Sequence record: MH383160.1 | Direction: 5' to 3' (one strand) | Length of the DNA stretch: 64,000 nucleotides | Part shown: piece after piece, positions 19,650 through 28,952 of the stretch | How the letters are laid out: every line of letters begins with the position of its first letter | Numbering within the stretch: position 1 is the stretch's first letter | The notes under the pieces: generated by a model | What the model was told of the DNA's origin: nothing | Seen by the model: the letters and a program-made list of their open reading frames with translations, nothing else | Databases searched by the model: none | Program-made: the position numbers and the translations under genes

Positions 19650-20183
19650 TTATTTCCTCATGTATTTTATAACGTCTTCAAATAATTGTATTTTTAAGTC
19701 CTCGTCATTTCCAGGTAAAAACTCACGAAAACTATCAAAATCTTCATTTTTTGCGAAGTTACGCATTTGTGTTGAGCTATATTGACTTGATTGGCGGTCA
19801 ATACCTGCTTGAATTGCTTTTATATTACAAAAATTATACAACTTCCCATTGTAACTGTCAAGTGTTTTCTGAAAAGAATCAATACGGTCTGAACCACATA
19901 TAAAAAATACATCTAAATATTTTCCATCTAATTCACGCATTATATCAAAAAGATTATCTTCAGTATAAATGTTTTCTTGAACCGAAGGATAGAAACCCTC
20001 AGTGTAATACATCTTTAATTCAGGAGGAAGCGGGTTTTTTATATTATCAGTACTGGTGCTTAGATATATTTTCAAATCTGCATTGTACTGTTCTTGTAAT
20101 GTTTTGGCCTTTTCAAAAACTAAACCATGACCATTGTGGACTGGGTTACATCTCATAAATGATAATATACATGTTTCTTTCAT
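19650..20183 (-). CDS. HxGH nucleotidyltransferase (phage cytidylyltransferase-like family)
   Basis: RCNPVHNGH, KNPL, GSDR, SSTQMR, DFDSF pattern of the T4-like/cyanophage family. Confidence 0.8.
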   Translation of the reverse strand: MKETCILSFMRCNPVHNGHGLVFEKAKTLQEQYNADLKIYLSTSTDNIKNPLPPELKMYYTEGFYPSVQENIYTEDNLFDIMRELDGKYLDVFFICGSDRIDSFQKTLDSYNGKLYNFCNIKAIQAGIDRQSSQYSSTQMRNFAKNEDFDSFREFLPGNDEDLKIQLFEDVIKYMRK

Positions 20184-20701
20184 AAATTCTTCATCACCAA
20201 TCCAAGAGATTTAAGATAATTGATTTTAGCAGTGGTTAAGTACTTATCTAGTACTATCAGACACGAAGGAAATGGTGCTGAATCTGTTTTCTTCTCTGGT
20301 TCTTCTGGGATACCAAATCGTAACCTTCCCTTAATAAAACAAATACAATCACAAACTTTCGCAGCATAATCCTGAAAAGCTATAGTATCCGTTCTTGATG
20401 GTACAAGAATTAATACAGTTGCCCCTTTATTATACGCATCTACTGCTTTAGATAACCATGTTTTCAAATCACTATATGGAGGGTTCAACCAAACTATATT
20501 CTTTCCCCAATCCTGTGAAAGAGAATCATCATTTGGTGTAAAATAATTCTCACATAATGCAGTCTCATCAACACAAGCAGCATCAAGCGTAAATCCCCAT
20601 AACTCATCTAACTCTTCAAAGAAATCTTTTGGAGTTGTCCAGTTATCTTTACCAGTACTGAAGTGTACTGAATGTTTGTTCGAAGTATCCTTCTTCGACA
20701 T
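20180..20701 (-). CDS. phage DNA N6-adenine methyltransferase (PF05869-like)
   Basis: WTTP, FTLDA, DSLSQDW, WLNPPYS, LVPSRTDT, KGRLRF, APFPS. Confidence 0.9.
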   Translation of the reverse strand: MSKKDTSNKHSVHFSTGKDNWTTPKDFFEELDELWGFTLDAACVDETALCENYFTPNDDSLSQDWGKNIVWLNPPYSDLKTWLSKAVDAYNKGATVLILVPSRTDTIAFQDYAAKVCDCICFIKGRLRFGIPEEPEKKTDSAPFPSCLIVLDKYLTTAKINYLKSLGLVMKNL

Positions 20702-20717
20702 GTTATAAATCCTTTTG

Positions 20718-21338
20718 TTATAGACAGTTCTGTACTATCTTATCAAAAGTACTACTGTCAATGTTATATTCATACAAAAATTTAAAATGTGAACCATAAC
20801 GCATCATCAGATTAAACTCTTCTTCAGTATTAAATTTGTAATCATGAAGAGTTTCAGGGGTACATGTTAAACCTAAAAACTCAATTATTTCAGATGTTAC
20901 ATCATTTCCTGAATTGAAGTATTTAACCCAAACACATTTTCCTTGTGGGTTGTATTTTCTATATTCTCCTTCTAGTTCTCCTTTTATAATATGAGCCTTA
21001 ACACTTATTAAATTATTACTATATCTTTCCTCGAAATAATTACCATACTGTGCTTTTAATATTGTTGGTTTTTGTGTAGGAAGTAATTTGACTGAAGTAA
21101 CTTCAATGCCGTTCTGTAATTCCTTTATGTACGAAATGCATCCTTTTTCTTTAATAACAACAAATCCTGTAAAGTTATCTTCATCTTGTAATTGGTTTTC
21201 ACAATCAACAAAATCCAAAGTCTTATAGGTAAAAGTTTTTTGTTTTCTAATAAATGCCATCATTATTCCTATGGAAACATCAATGAATATACGTGACGTT
21301 GATTTCATCAACATCAGTAGAATTACCATGCTACGCAT
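20718..21338 (-). CDS. hypothetical protein, degenerate family A-like C-terminus
   Basis: NTEEEFNLMMRY resembles EEEHFQLMM of 13151..13840; start uncertain. Confidence 0.65.
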   Translation of the reverse strand: MRSMVILLMLMKSTSRIFIDVSIGIMMAFIRKQKTFTYKTLDFVDCENQLQDEDNFTGFVVIKEKGCISYIKELQNGIEVTSVKLLPTQKPTILKAQYGNYFEERYSNNLISVKAHIIKGELEGEYRKYNPQGKCVWVKYFNSGNDVTSEIIEFLGLTCTPETLHDYKFNTEEEFNLMMRYGSHFKFLYEYNIDSSTFDKIVQNCL

Positions 21339-21377
21339 GTCTAATTCTACAAGTACTATTTTCTTTTAATTAATATT

Positions 21378-21880
21378 GACGGGGTTTGCTTGAGCATATT
21401 TCATCCCCCCGCAGGGGAAAGAACAAAAAAGTTTGACGCTGGTGGCCTTCACATAGTTCATATCACGAATTCTCTTACGAGACGAAAGCGGGTTGCTCTG
21501 TTTCTCTCTATCGCGGTTCTTGTAGCAACGGTCGTCGGTCTTAAACATCCCGACACATAATACAAATACCATATGACCAGTACTTGTATTTGATTTCACA
21601 AAATTTGGACGCAACTATATTGTATAATTCCGACCGCATATTTCTTATGAAATCTCCCTTAGATAATTGGTAAGGTGCGATCCTTATATGTCTATCGAGG
21701 AACTCTCTTTATCCTATTGGAGTTCTTTATACAGCCGCATTGCCGTGAGTGGTTCAAACTATGCCATCATCTAACGGGTTTCATCTGCTGTTCGTACTGA
21801 AAGGACTACTCATCTACCCTCTACATTTTCGAGTGGATTAGGCTTTTAATCATTTCCTCATAGGAACCTTTCAGGATTAA
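21378..21880 (-). ncRNA. candidate structured non-coding RNA or cis element, unassigned
   Basis: About 500 nt without a credible ORF, about 40% GC (216/540 counted), many short stems including a GTAA tetraloop hairpin. Confidence 0.35.
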
Positions 21881-21913
21881 AAAAAAGGTGACAACAACAT
21901 CTGCTGTCACCTT
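21879..21913 (-). terminator. intrinsic terminator
   Basis: AAGGTGACAGCA-5nt-TGTTGTCACCTT plus T-tract. Confidence 0.8.
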
Positions 21914-21915
21914 AC

Positions 21916-21944
21916 ATTATATCATTAACTTATTCTTTGTCTCA
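21916..21944 (-). promoter_or_regulatory. extended -10 promoter abutting the terminator hairpin
   Basis: TGAGAC-17-TATAAT with TG extension. Confidence 0.5.
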
Positions 21945-22796
21945 GTTATATTCTGTTTTTTCAGTAAAATTTGTCAGTATATCAACGCTTACGCATCTAA
22001 TAATTTCAATCTTACTTGGCATTAAACGGTGTTTATTTTTAACGTACAATTCATCATCTTCAATAAAAGACGTAAAAATGAATGCCATATCTTCACGTGG
22101 AATTTGTAAAATATCACACATTTCATTTGCCGATGCTACTGGTGAATCATTGTAATACTTAGAGTATGCATTGGATTGGCGACCGATTATAATAGAATTT
22201 CTGATTAGAAAATTACTACAGTACTGAAAATCTTTGTAGTACTTTTCAATAATGTACGGCATAAGTGCTTCTTTCACGTCTTCATACCCATTAGTACTAT
22301 CAATTGCTATACAGTAATCTTCACGTTCTTTTTTCTCATGATGGTAATCATAAACATACTCAAAGAATGAATTTTTATTTAATGAATCATTTAAACCAAC
22401 TGATCCACTATAGTATGATTTTCTATCATTCAATCGATCATCTGGGCATGATGCATACATAGAAGTGTCATGTGATGATGTACCAATATAAATTTTCTTA
22501 GTAATATGATTATATGCTATGTAATCATAATCTTGAACTCCAGTTAGCATTAACTGGAACATTAAATCATCAGGAACATCAATTAACGGGTACTCAAACT
22601 TCGAATATCTACTGCGGCAGAAGTTCTTTTCAAATGCTCGGTATGTGATAAAATCTTTTAGATTTTTACAAGATTCATGTTCATGAGCACTACTGATACG
22701 TACATTGACATTAGTCGATGTGCAATATCCATCCGAATCTTCGGTGAAGTTACCAGCATAATCCTTATTGTAGTCAACGATTAGATAAAGTTTCAT
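21942..22796 (-). CDS. family A-like protein (motif in N-terminal third)
   Basis: 284 aa; DVPDDLMFQLMLT. Confidence 0.7.
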   Translation of the reverse strand: MKLYLIVDYNKDYAGNFTEDSDGYCTSTNVNVRISSAHEHESCKNLKDFITYRAFEKNFCRSRYSKFEYPLIDVPDDLMFQLMLTGVQDYDYIAYNHITKKIYIGTSSHDTSMYASCPDDRLNDRKSYYSGSVGLNDSLNKNSFFEYVYDYHHEKKEREDYCIAIDSTNGYEDVKEALMPYIIEKYYKDFQYCSNFLIRNSIIIGRQSNAYSKYYNDSPVASANEMCDILQIPREDMAFIFTSFIEDDELYVKNKHRLMPSKIEIIRCVSVDILTNFTEKTEYN

Positions 22797-22808
22797 ACAT
22801 CTCCAGAC

Positions 22809-22843
22809 AAAAAAAAAGGACGAGATAACAAATCCCGTCCTTT
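22809..22843 (-). terminator. intrinsic terminator
   Basis: AAAGGACGGGAT/ATCTCGTCCTTT stem plus T-tract. Confidence 0.8.
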
Positions 22844-22849
22844 GGTTTA

Positions 22850-23155
22850 TTAGTGACTTGCCCAGCAGTAAACAGGACGTAGATTTTCCATTGGATTTAC
22901 TTCAGGCTTCAGTACTGTTACACGTACTTCATATGGAGTTCCATCTGCATGATGGAATGTTTCATAATGAATACTTTCAATAAATGTTTCGTATTCTTCT
23001 TGTGAACGTGAACGTACTGCTGATGAATATTTCTTCTTAGAATCTGCTTTAAGTGTAACACTGACTAGTTCTGATTCCTCACCTTCTTCAAGTTTGTTGA
23101 AATCGAACTCTGGTACACCTTCAAACATATCAAATTTCATTCCATTGTCTTCCAT
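22850..23155 (-). CDS. acidic hypothetical protein
   Basis: 101 aa ORF. Confidence 0.65.
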   Translation of the reverse strand: MEDNGMKFDMFEGVPEFDFNKLEEGEESELVSVTLKADSKKKYSSAVRSRSQEEYETFIESIHYETFHHADGTPYEVRVTVLKPEVNPMENLRPVYCWASH

Positions 23156-23204
23156 TTTTAAATTCCTTTTATATAATGTTAATTAGATATTTTTAATAAG
23201 CAGA

Positions 23205-23591
23205 TTAGATTGTGTCATACTGTAGTGTTCCGTGACGGAATTTTTCAAGTCGTGCTAGGACTTCTTTTCGTTCGACAATTTCTGGAACATCTTCTTGTAG
23301 TTGATCACAAACTTCAACAATGAAGTCCCAATCACTCTCACAACTTTGTCGTACCGCCTCAATTGTTTTCCAATCAGTACTGATATCACCATCAGCATTT
23401 TGATATACAGGCCAAACTTTTCCATAATCAGCAATGGATTTGTCATTTAGAATACGAATGGCATTGAAAATCTGACCAGTACTGAAGTGTTTTGTATTCT
23501 TCATATCTTCTAAACAGCATAGCTTTGGTTCACCTTTTACTTCAATGAGTAAAACACCACCAATTGCTTTTAGGATTGAACTTGTATTCAT
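23205..23591 (-). CDS. hypothetical protein
   Basis: 128 aa ORF with SD GGAG. Confidence 0.7.
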   Translation of the reverse strand: MNTSSILKAIGGVLLIEVKGEPKLCCLEDMKNTKHFSTGQIFNAIRILNDKSIADYGKVWPVYQNADGDISTDWKTIEAVRQSCESDWDFIVEVCDQLQEDVPEIVERKEVLARLEKFRHGTLQYDTI

Positions 23592-23607
23592 CTATATCTC
23601 CGTTATC

Positions 23608-23654
23608 AAAAAAAGATGTGAACATTATATCACAAGAATCTAATATGTTCACAT
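23608..23654 (-). promoter_or_regulatory. promoter nested in terminator-like hairpin
   Basis: ATGTGAACAT/ATGTTCACAT inverted repeat plus T-tract enclosing TGAACA...TGATATAAT. Confidence 0.55.
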
Positions 23655-23662
23655 TATTTTCA

Positions 23663-23956
23663 TTAGATTTTAATAATATTGTACCAGTTATCAAAATCCT
23701 CAATTGCTAGAATGAACATATTTTCATCATTGAAATCTAAAATATGTTCATTGTATAGGTAACTAATGTACTTGTTTTTGCATAGTCTAGCATTCATTAG
23801 TAACATTTCTACTGCACGTTCATAAGAACAAGGAACAAGGTATAACTTTGTACCATCTTGGTGAATAATTTCCTCAGCACCATGTGGTATAAAACGTTCT
23901 GCTGTATGTGGAATATACGGCTTAGTTTTAAAAATAATTTTGAATTTAGTATCCAT
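23663..23956 (-). CDS. hypothetical protein, possible degenerate family A
   Basis: 97 aa; DFNDENMFILAI. Confidence 0.6.
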   Translation of the reverse strand: MDTKFKIIFKTKPYIPHTAERFIPHGAEEIIHQDGTKLYLVPCSYERAVEMLLMNARLCKNKYISYLYNEHILDFNDENMFILAIEDFDNWYNIIKI

Positions 23957-23972
23957 ACCAAATCCTCCAGAT

Positions 23973-24827
23973 TTATAATGTTTCTTTTATGTTATGTAAC
24001 ATAGTATTAACTATGCACATCTTACCACCTAACTTGTAGTAATATTCTAACTTATTAATAATATTACTTTTTAATATATCAAATATTTGATATTCATTTG
24101 GATCGAAACTAAGTTCGAATTGGAATGTATATAAATTGTTAAAGATGTGAACTAATGATGCATCTGGTGATTCCATTGTAACTGTATATTTTTCACGATA
24201 ACCAGTACTAATCACTACTTCGGATATATCACCTTTCATGTATATGTCAATATTGTACATCATTGGTCTGCCTGTGGCAATATCTTTCATGCGAAAGAAT
24301 GCAGTGCTACGATATACAATGCCTTCTGAAACCTGTTCTTGTATAGTGATATTTGAAACTTCACTCTCTTGGAATTTGGACTCGAATGAATGAGTGTAAT
24401 TTGTTTTTTCATTATCCGTGTGCATAGTACATGTGTATTTTCCAAAATCATCTCTAGATGTATATGATTTATCACTGCTAGTTTTATAGAACGAAACACC
24501 ATTGATATGTTGTTCTTTATACATCATCGTGTCATGTGATTTGTAGTATGAACAATTAGGTGTTGCAAGAGATTCAAACTTGTTCACATCATGACAGTAA
24601 GAAATAGAAGAATCGCTATACATTACTACATCACGAATTGCAACTTCTTTTGTAAAACCTTTTTTGACGGAAATTTGAAAGTCATTGTATGGGAAGATTG
24701 TATATCCATCGTATGCATCTGATGTACTGATACCAAATGGTGTAGTAGAATTCAGAAATTCGTTGATATGTTCAAGTACTGAATACTTTTTAAAATTAAG
24801 AAAATCTGAAATGTCTAACATATACAA
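23973..24827 (-). CDS. hypothetical protein
   Basis: 284 aa, beta-rich ORF. Confidence 0.75.
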   Translation of the reverse strand: MYMLDISDFLNFKKYSVLEHINEFLNSTTPFGISTSDAYDGYTIFPYNDFQISVKKGFTKEVAIRDVVMYSDSSISYCHDVNKFESLATPNCSYYKSHDTMMYKEQHINGVSFYKTSSDKSYTSRDDFGKYTCTMHTDNEKTNYTHSFESKFQESEVSNITIQEQVSEGIVYRSTAFFRMKDIATGRPMMYNIDIYMKGDISEVVISTGYREKYTVTMESPDASLVHIFNNLYTFQFELSFDPNEYQIFDILKSNIINKLEYYYKLGGKMCIVNTMLHNIKETL

Positions 24828-24844
24828 TCCTCATAAATTTAGAC

Positions 24845-24873
24845 AAAAAATTAGTCGAGAATAAATCTCGACT
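24845..24873 (-). terminator. intrinsic terminator
   Basis: AGTCGAGA/TCTCGACT stem plus T-tract. Confidence 0.7.
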
Positions 24874-24982
24874 TGTGTTTTACTTTACCATTTTTCATTT
24901 CTTTTTTACGATCCACATGTGTCTGTGGCTTGTTAAACTCATTCATGTGTTTCTGTACGAAATTGTTTACTTTCTTAGCCAT
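24851..24982 (-). CDS. 43 aa basic peptide (not in ORF track)
   Basis: Manual translation MAKKVNNFVQKHMNEFNKPQTHVDRKKEMKNGKVKHKSRFILD; SD GGAG; N.V.KH...FNK...H.DRKK pattern recalls small conserved phage proteins. Confidence 0.7.
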   Translation of the reverse strand: MAKKVNNFVQKHMNEFNKPQTHVDRKKEMKNGKVKHKSRFILD

Positions 24983-24984
24983 AC

Positions 24985-25458
24985 TTACTCCAAACTGGGA
25001 TCTTTAACTGTTAGACTTTCTATGTCACTCGCATAAAGAACTACATTGGATTGATTTTCAGATACTTTAAAGTCGTGATAACTGTCTTTTACAATAAAAT
25101 TATCTAATATAAACCCTTTACTACAGCACATCATAATTTTATCATCTTTGATTGTGTAGGTGTTTTTCTTTTTACGTACTTCAGATTGTGGCGTAATACT
25201 ATCGTTATTACGAATAACACAATCAATATATTGTTCATTTGTACTCATAGGCATACCCATGATAAACGAGTTTTCAGTACTGATTGTTAGTATAAAAACG
25301 TTAGTATTTGGGTTGTGAAAAAAATCATGCATTGTCTTGCTACACAAAAATAGACATTGAATAATGTCCTTCACATTAAACATTATATCATGAACTTTGA
25401 ATGCGTCCAACTCTAAAATGTCATCAATTTTCCCATTTTCAACAGTTTTAATCTCCAT
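24985..25458 (-). CDS. hypothetical protein
   Basis: 157 aa ORF. Confidence 0.7.
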   Translation of the reverse strand: MEIKTVENGKIDDILELDAFKVHDIMFNVKDIIQCLFLCSKTMHDFFHNPNTNVFILTISTENSFIMGMPMSTNEQYIDCVIRNNDSITPQSEVRKKKNTYTIKDDKIMMCCSKGFILDNFIVKDSYHDFKVSENQSNVVLYASDIESLTVKDPSLE

Positions 25459-25500
25459 GATCTATCCTTGATCTTCTAATGCACTCCATGTGCGTTTTTA

Positions 25501-25998
25501 TTAAGTCACTGCATTATACTTCTCTATAGCATTAGTAATATTTAATATAGCTTCAGGAACCATTTCTTTATTGTATTCACGTTTTAAATTTTCCATTTTC
25601 TTAATAATTTCCAAGAAAAATGGCAAAATACATGAAGTATCTGTAAAATTACATGAGTACAAAGTACTCATTTGAAATAATTCACCTGAATCAATATTAA
25701 GAGTATTGTATTCCTTAACAATGTTTTCGTTTGAATTGAAAATGTGAAATACTGTTCCCATGTGATGAAGATATACACCATTCTCATTTTGAATATTGCA
25801 TGGTGTGATTACAATAGCAGTGTTGTCAATATTATTTACTATTGATAAACGCAGACTATGTAAACCAAAAATAACAGTGCAATCACTTGAACTGCTTTGA
25901 ATTTGGTCAGCAGTTTGTGTAACACTTGTAATATTTTCTCCATCAAGACAACTCTTGATTTTATCAAATGAATTTTTCATTGATTTAGTTAGATACAT
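25501..25998 (-). CDS. family A (FQ-module) protein
   Basis: DSGELFQMSTLYS. Confidence 0.75.
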   Translation of the reverse strand: MYLTKSMKNSFDKIKSCLDGENITSVTQTADQIQSSSSDCTVIFGLHSLRLSIVNNIDNTAIVITPCNIQNENGVYLHHMGTVFHIFNSNENIVKEYNTLNIDSGELFQMSTLYSCNFTDTSCILPFFLEIIKKMENLKREYNKEMVPEAILNITNAIEKYNAVT

Positions 25999-26402
25999 TT
26001 ATGAACACCTTCGAAATATTTGATTAATGATTTTATCATATCGCTACTAATGCCATGTAAGTCAACACCTAAACACTCGTATTGAAAAAAATCAATATCC
26101 TCCAGCGTGTTTAGATCAATTTCCACCTTATCATGACCCAACGAATTCATAATAACGTTTTTATCATTAATTGTCAAGAAAGTTTTATTACTTGAACCTA
26201 AAAAGATTTTAACATGTTTATTTGGCATTGCATCATAAGACAACGATTGTGAACCATAAATGTATGTACCTTCCATCGAACCAGTATCTATAAAGTATAG
26301 ACGAATCCCTTTATGGTATTTTGACTCCTTAGTGATCGCCTCTATTAGTTCATCTGTGGTTGTTAACCTTGTTTCTTTCTTCTCTAAATTGCTCAAATGC
26401 AT
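25989..26402 (-). CDS. family A (FQ-module) protein
   Basis: EDIDFFQYECLG. Confidence 0.7.
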   Translation of the reverse strand: MHLSNLEKKETRLTTTDELIEAITKESKYHKGIRLYFIDTGSMEGTYIYGSQSLSYDAMPNKHVKIFLGSSNKTFLTINDKNVIMNSLGHDKVEIDLNTLEDIDFFQYECLGVDLHGISSDMIKSLIKYFEGVHKCI

Positions 26403-26823
26403 AAAATAATACCTTGATCATTTGTAATGTTTCCGACATTACATCAGCAGAAAATTGAACATCAGTGTATTTTACCATAGTACTTTGAGTAAAGAAAGTA
26501 GCTTCAATATCTTCAAGGTCAAATGGCTCATCAAATAAATTAGTACTGAACATATCAGTTTTTTTCTTATAAGTCAACATAAACTTAGCACTGTATCTCA
26601 ATACAATTTCATCTTTACTTACTAAAATTCGTGCAATGTTCTGTCTACCCAGTGTTGTAATGTTAACATTAAACGTATTCTTTCGTGCCTCAACAATATC
26701 AACGAAATAACCATCACCTTGGTAAACGTTATGACGAACTTCTAATCCTTGTTGAACTGTATTGAACAGTGCGTCCTGGATAAAATAATTTGCAGTATCG
26801 ATGTTTCCTAAAATATCTAACAT
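26350..26823 (-). CDS. family A (FQ-module) protein
   Basis: IEATFFTQSTMV. Confidence 0.7.
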   Translation of the reverse strand: MLDILGNIDTANYFIQDALFNTVQQGLEVRHNVYQGDGYFVDIVEARKNTFNVNITTLGRQNIARILVSKDEIVLRYSAKFMLTYKKKTDMFSTNLFDEPFDLEDIEATFFTQSTMVKYTDVQFSADVMSETLQMIKVLFYAFEQFREERNKVNNHR

Positions 26824-27353
26824 AACTTCTCCTTTATAGCTGTCATATTTAGAAGAAATTCAGTAAGCAATTCCTCCGTAACATGCTCTGTATACCAGAA
26901 TATCACAATATCTTTTGAAAGTCGTGTATTCATAAAAATATCTACTAACTCTTTGTAGTACTCTAGCGTTTCGAGATTTGTGAGAATTAACGAGTACTGA
27001 AAGAGTAATTCTTCCGTTAGATTAAATTCTGGATAAAGTAAATCATTGAACTCATGTGATGCAGTTTGAACTTTAATTTCTTTGAAGTTATTGGTTATAC
27101 AACCGGAATAAATATTTCGGTGCAACTCTCTGTACAACGCAGCATAATCTATGAATTTTGCTTTAGGGTTAAAATCAAGAACACTTTCACCTTTATATGA
27201 CAATCGGTGGAACGCCGAGAACATAGTCACTTCCCACGGTTGCTTAATATCTAGCTCAGTAATATCAATATTATTGGACAGAAGAACCGTAAAAATCTCA
27301 CCAATCTTTAATAGTAACTTAGTACGTGCTAGTACTGTCATAGGTTCAATCAT
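26817..27353 (-). CDS. family A (FQ-module) protein
   Basis: TEELLFQYSLIL. Confidence 0.75.
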   Translation of the reverse strand: MIEPMTVLARTKLLLKIGEIFTVLLSNNIDITELDIKQPWEVTMFSAFHRLSYKGESVLDFNPKAKFIDYAALYRELHRNIYSGCITNNFKEIKVQTASHEFNDLLYPEFNLTEELLFQYSLILTNLETLEYYKELVDIFMNTRLSKDIVIFWYTEHVTEELLTEFLLNMTAIKEKLC

Positions 27354-27766
27354 TATACACCTTCATATTCATCAAGGAAATCTTCGATGATCATTTCAGC
27401 TTCATCCATATGCATCGCATCAACTTCAATAATACGAATTTTAGATGTATCCCAAATCATAAAGCTAGGAACATTGTCTGGCTCGTAATCATTTTTGTAC
27501 TGAACAGCATCATAACCTTGAGCCGTGCAATTCTCAATAAGTGAACGCCACTCATCATCACTGCCTAAATCTTCACACAGAAGCACGTTATCAACATCAA
27601 CTTCTAAGGTATGCAAGTATACTGTACATGCGTCAACAACGTTTAGTGGGCTTCTCAGCTTGCGTAAGGCAGCTTCCAAAGCACTGTGTTTACCTCCCAT
27701 ATGAAGTCCACCATACGGGATATAAAAGTTATCAATTTTTACAGTACTCGCATGATACAGTTTCAT
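27353..27766 (-). CDS. ADP-ribosyltransferase-like (ART-PolyVal-like) protein
   Basis: LYH..., GLHMG, GYDAVQYKNDYE, SFMIWDTSKI pattern. Confidence 0.5.
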   Translation of the reverse strand: MKLYHASTVKIDNFYIPYGGLHMGGKHSALEAALRKLRSPLNVVDACTVYLHTLEVDVDNVLLCEDLGSDDEWRSLIENCTAQGYDAVQYKNDYEPDNVPSFMIWDTSKIRIIEVDAMHMDEAEMIIEDFLDEYEGV

Positions 27767-27775
27767 ATTTCATTC

Positions 27776-28360
27776 CTATTTCAGTACTTTAGTCAATGCT
27801 TTCACAGCGGTTTCGAGTTGAGCATAGTCGTTAATTGTAAGGTAATGAATACCATGTGCATTCATTTCAGCATCTATTTTACTATATAAATCAAACATGT
27901 CAAGGATATGATTGTATGCATATGAAGTATTTGAAACACACAATTCTTGGAACAAACGTTCTTCCAAGTCATTCACAACTTCACCATGAATGTCAAGTAC
28001 TACACCATCTTTGTAAGTATAGTATTCTTCACTCCACTCTTCAGAAAGTCGGAACAGTAACGGATTCCCGCCGAACACTTCCATGTCATAGGAATTTATC
28101 TCACTAAGTAGTGTTTCACCTGGTTCTGGTGTGAAGTCGAAATATGCGAGTGTTGAACCATCATAGTCCTTGAGTGATATACCAGTATGATTTAAGCTTA
28201 CTTCACCATAATTATTATTCTTGAACTTAATTTTGATATTAATCTCAATGTATTTTATTGTCTCATCATCACTGAAATTGTAATCAATTTTATACTTTTC
28301 CCAAAGAAGTTTGATATCTTTGAAGTACTTTAATTTACTTTCAATTTCTTTAAAGTCCAT
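27776..28360 (-). CDS. family A (FQ-module) protein
   Basis: LEERLFQELCVS. Confidence 0.75.
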   Translation of the reverse strand: MDFKEIESKLKYFKDIKLLWEKYKIDYNFSDDETIKYIEINIKIKFKNNNYGEVSLNHTGISLKDYDGSTLAYFDFTPEPGETLLSEINSYDMEVFGGNPLLFRLSEEWSEEYYTYKDGVVLDIHGEVVNDLEERLFQELCVSNTSYAYNHILDMFDLYSKIDAEMNAHGIHYLTINDYAQLETAVKALTKVLK

Positions 28361-28952
28361 CTGGAACCACCATTTCTTGAATGTGCTTACATTTTATATT
28401 TCCCATATTAGTATGCAATATAAGGGTGTGATTACGCAATGATTTTACTTTATAGCACTCATTGAGTACTGAAATAATTCCCCATAACTCTTCTACACTA
28501 ATAGTGATAGGTTCACTTGTACTCAGTTGCATTAGTGCTGCTTCAACATCATCTTTGTTATTAATAGTGAACTGAATTCCTCTTTTGAGAATTTTAGTTT
28601 TTGGATTGTATTCAGCTAATACATCACCTTCTGGATAACCCTCATGAAGTAATAATGTTGTTTCAAAATCACCGCAGTTGAAGTTAATTTCATCATAATC
28701 AGGTACACAAATGTTTCCTTCCCCGTACTCATTAGGTTCAGATTCTAGTGTTAAAATACGCTGAGTCTCATTGCTCAGGATGATAGAATCATTCCAGTAC
28801 TGGGTAGTGAATGCTCTACGTTTCTTTTGAAAGCACATACTCGACATTGACCCATACTTCTTGTATATGGACTTCTTGAACTCAATAGCAGCAGGAGCCA
28901 CCTTGATAACTTCACGAATTAAGTCAATAGCTTCTTGATAACTTTTTCTCAT
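28350..28952 (-). CDS. family A (FQ-module) protein
   Basis: VEAALMQLSTSE. Confidence 0.7.
   Translation of the reverse strand: MRKSYQEAIDLIREVIKVAPAAIEFKKSIYKKYGSMSSMCFQKKRRAFTTQYWNDSIILSNETQRILTLESEPNEYGEGNICVPDYDEINFNCGDFETTLLLHEGYPEGDVLAEYNPKTKILKRGIQFTINNKDDVEAALMQLSTSEPITISVEELWGIISVLNECYKVKSLRNHTLILHTNMGNIKCKHIQEMVVPDGL

Noticed and set aside
21366-21614. 82 aa ORF in the track
   Set aside because: No SD, atypical GC and codon use, and it lies within the stem-rich island; probably spurious.
21378-21880. tmRNA, RNase P RNA, tRNA or group I intron identity for the non-coding island
   Set aside because: A CCACCA occurs but without a T-arm or acceptor stem. No GAGGAAAGTCC or P/Q/R/S cores, and it does not interrupt a gene.
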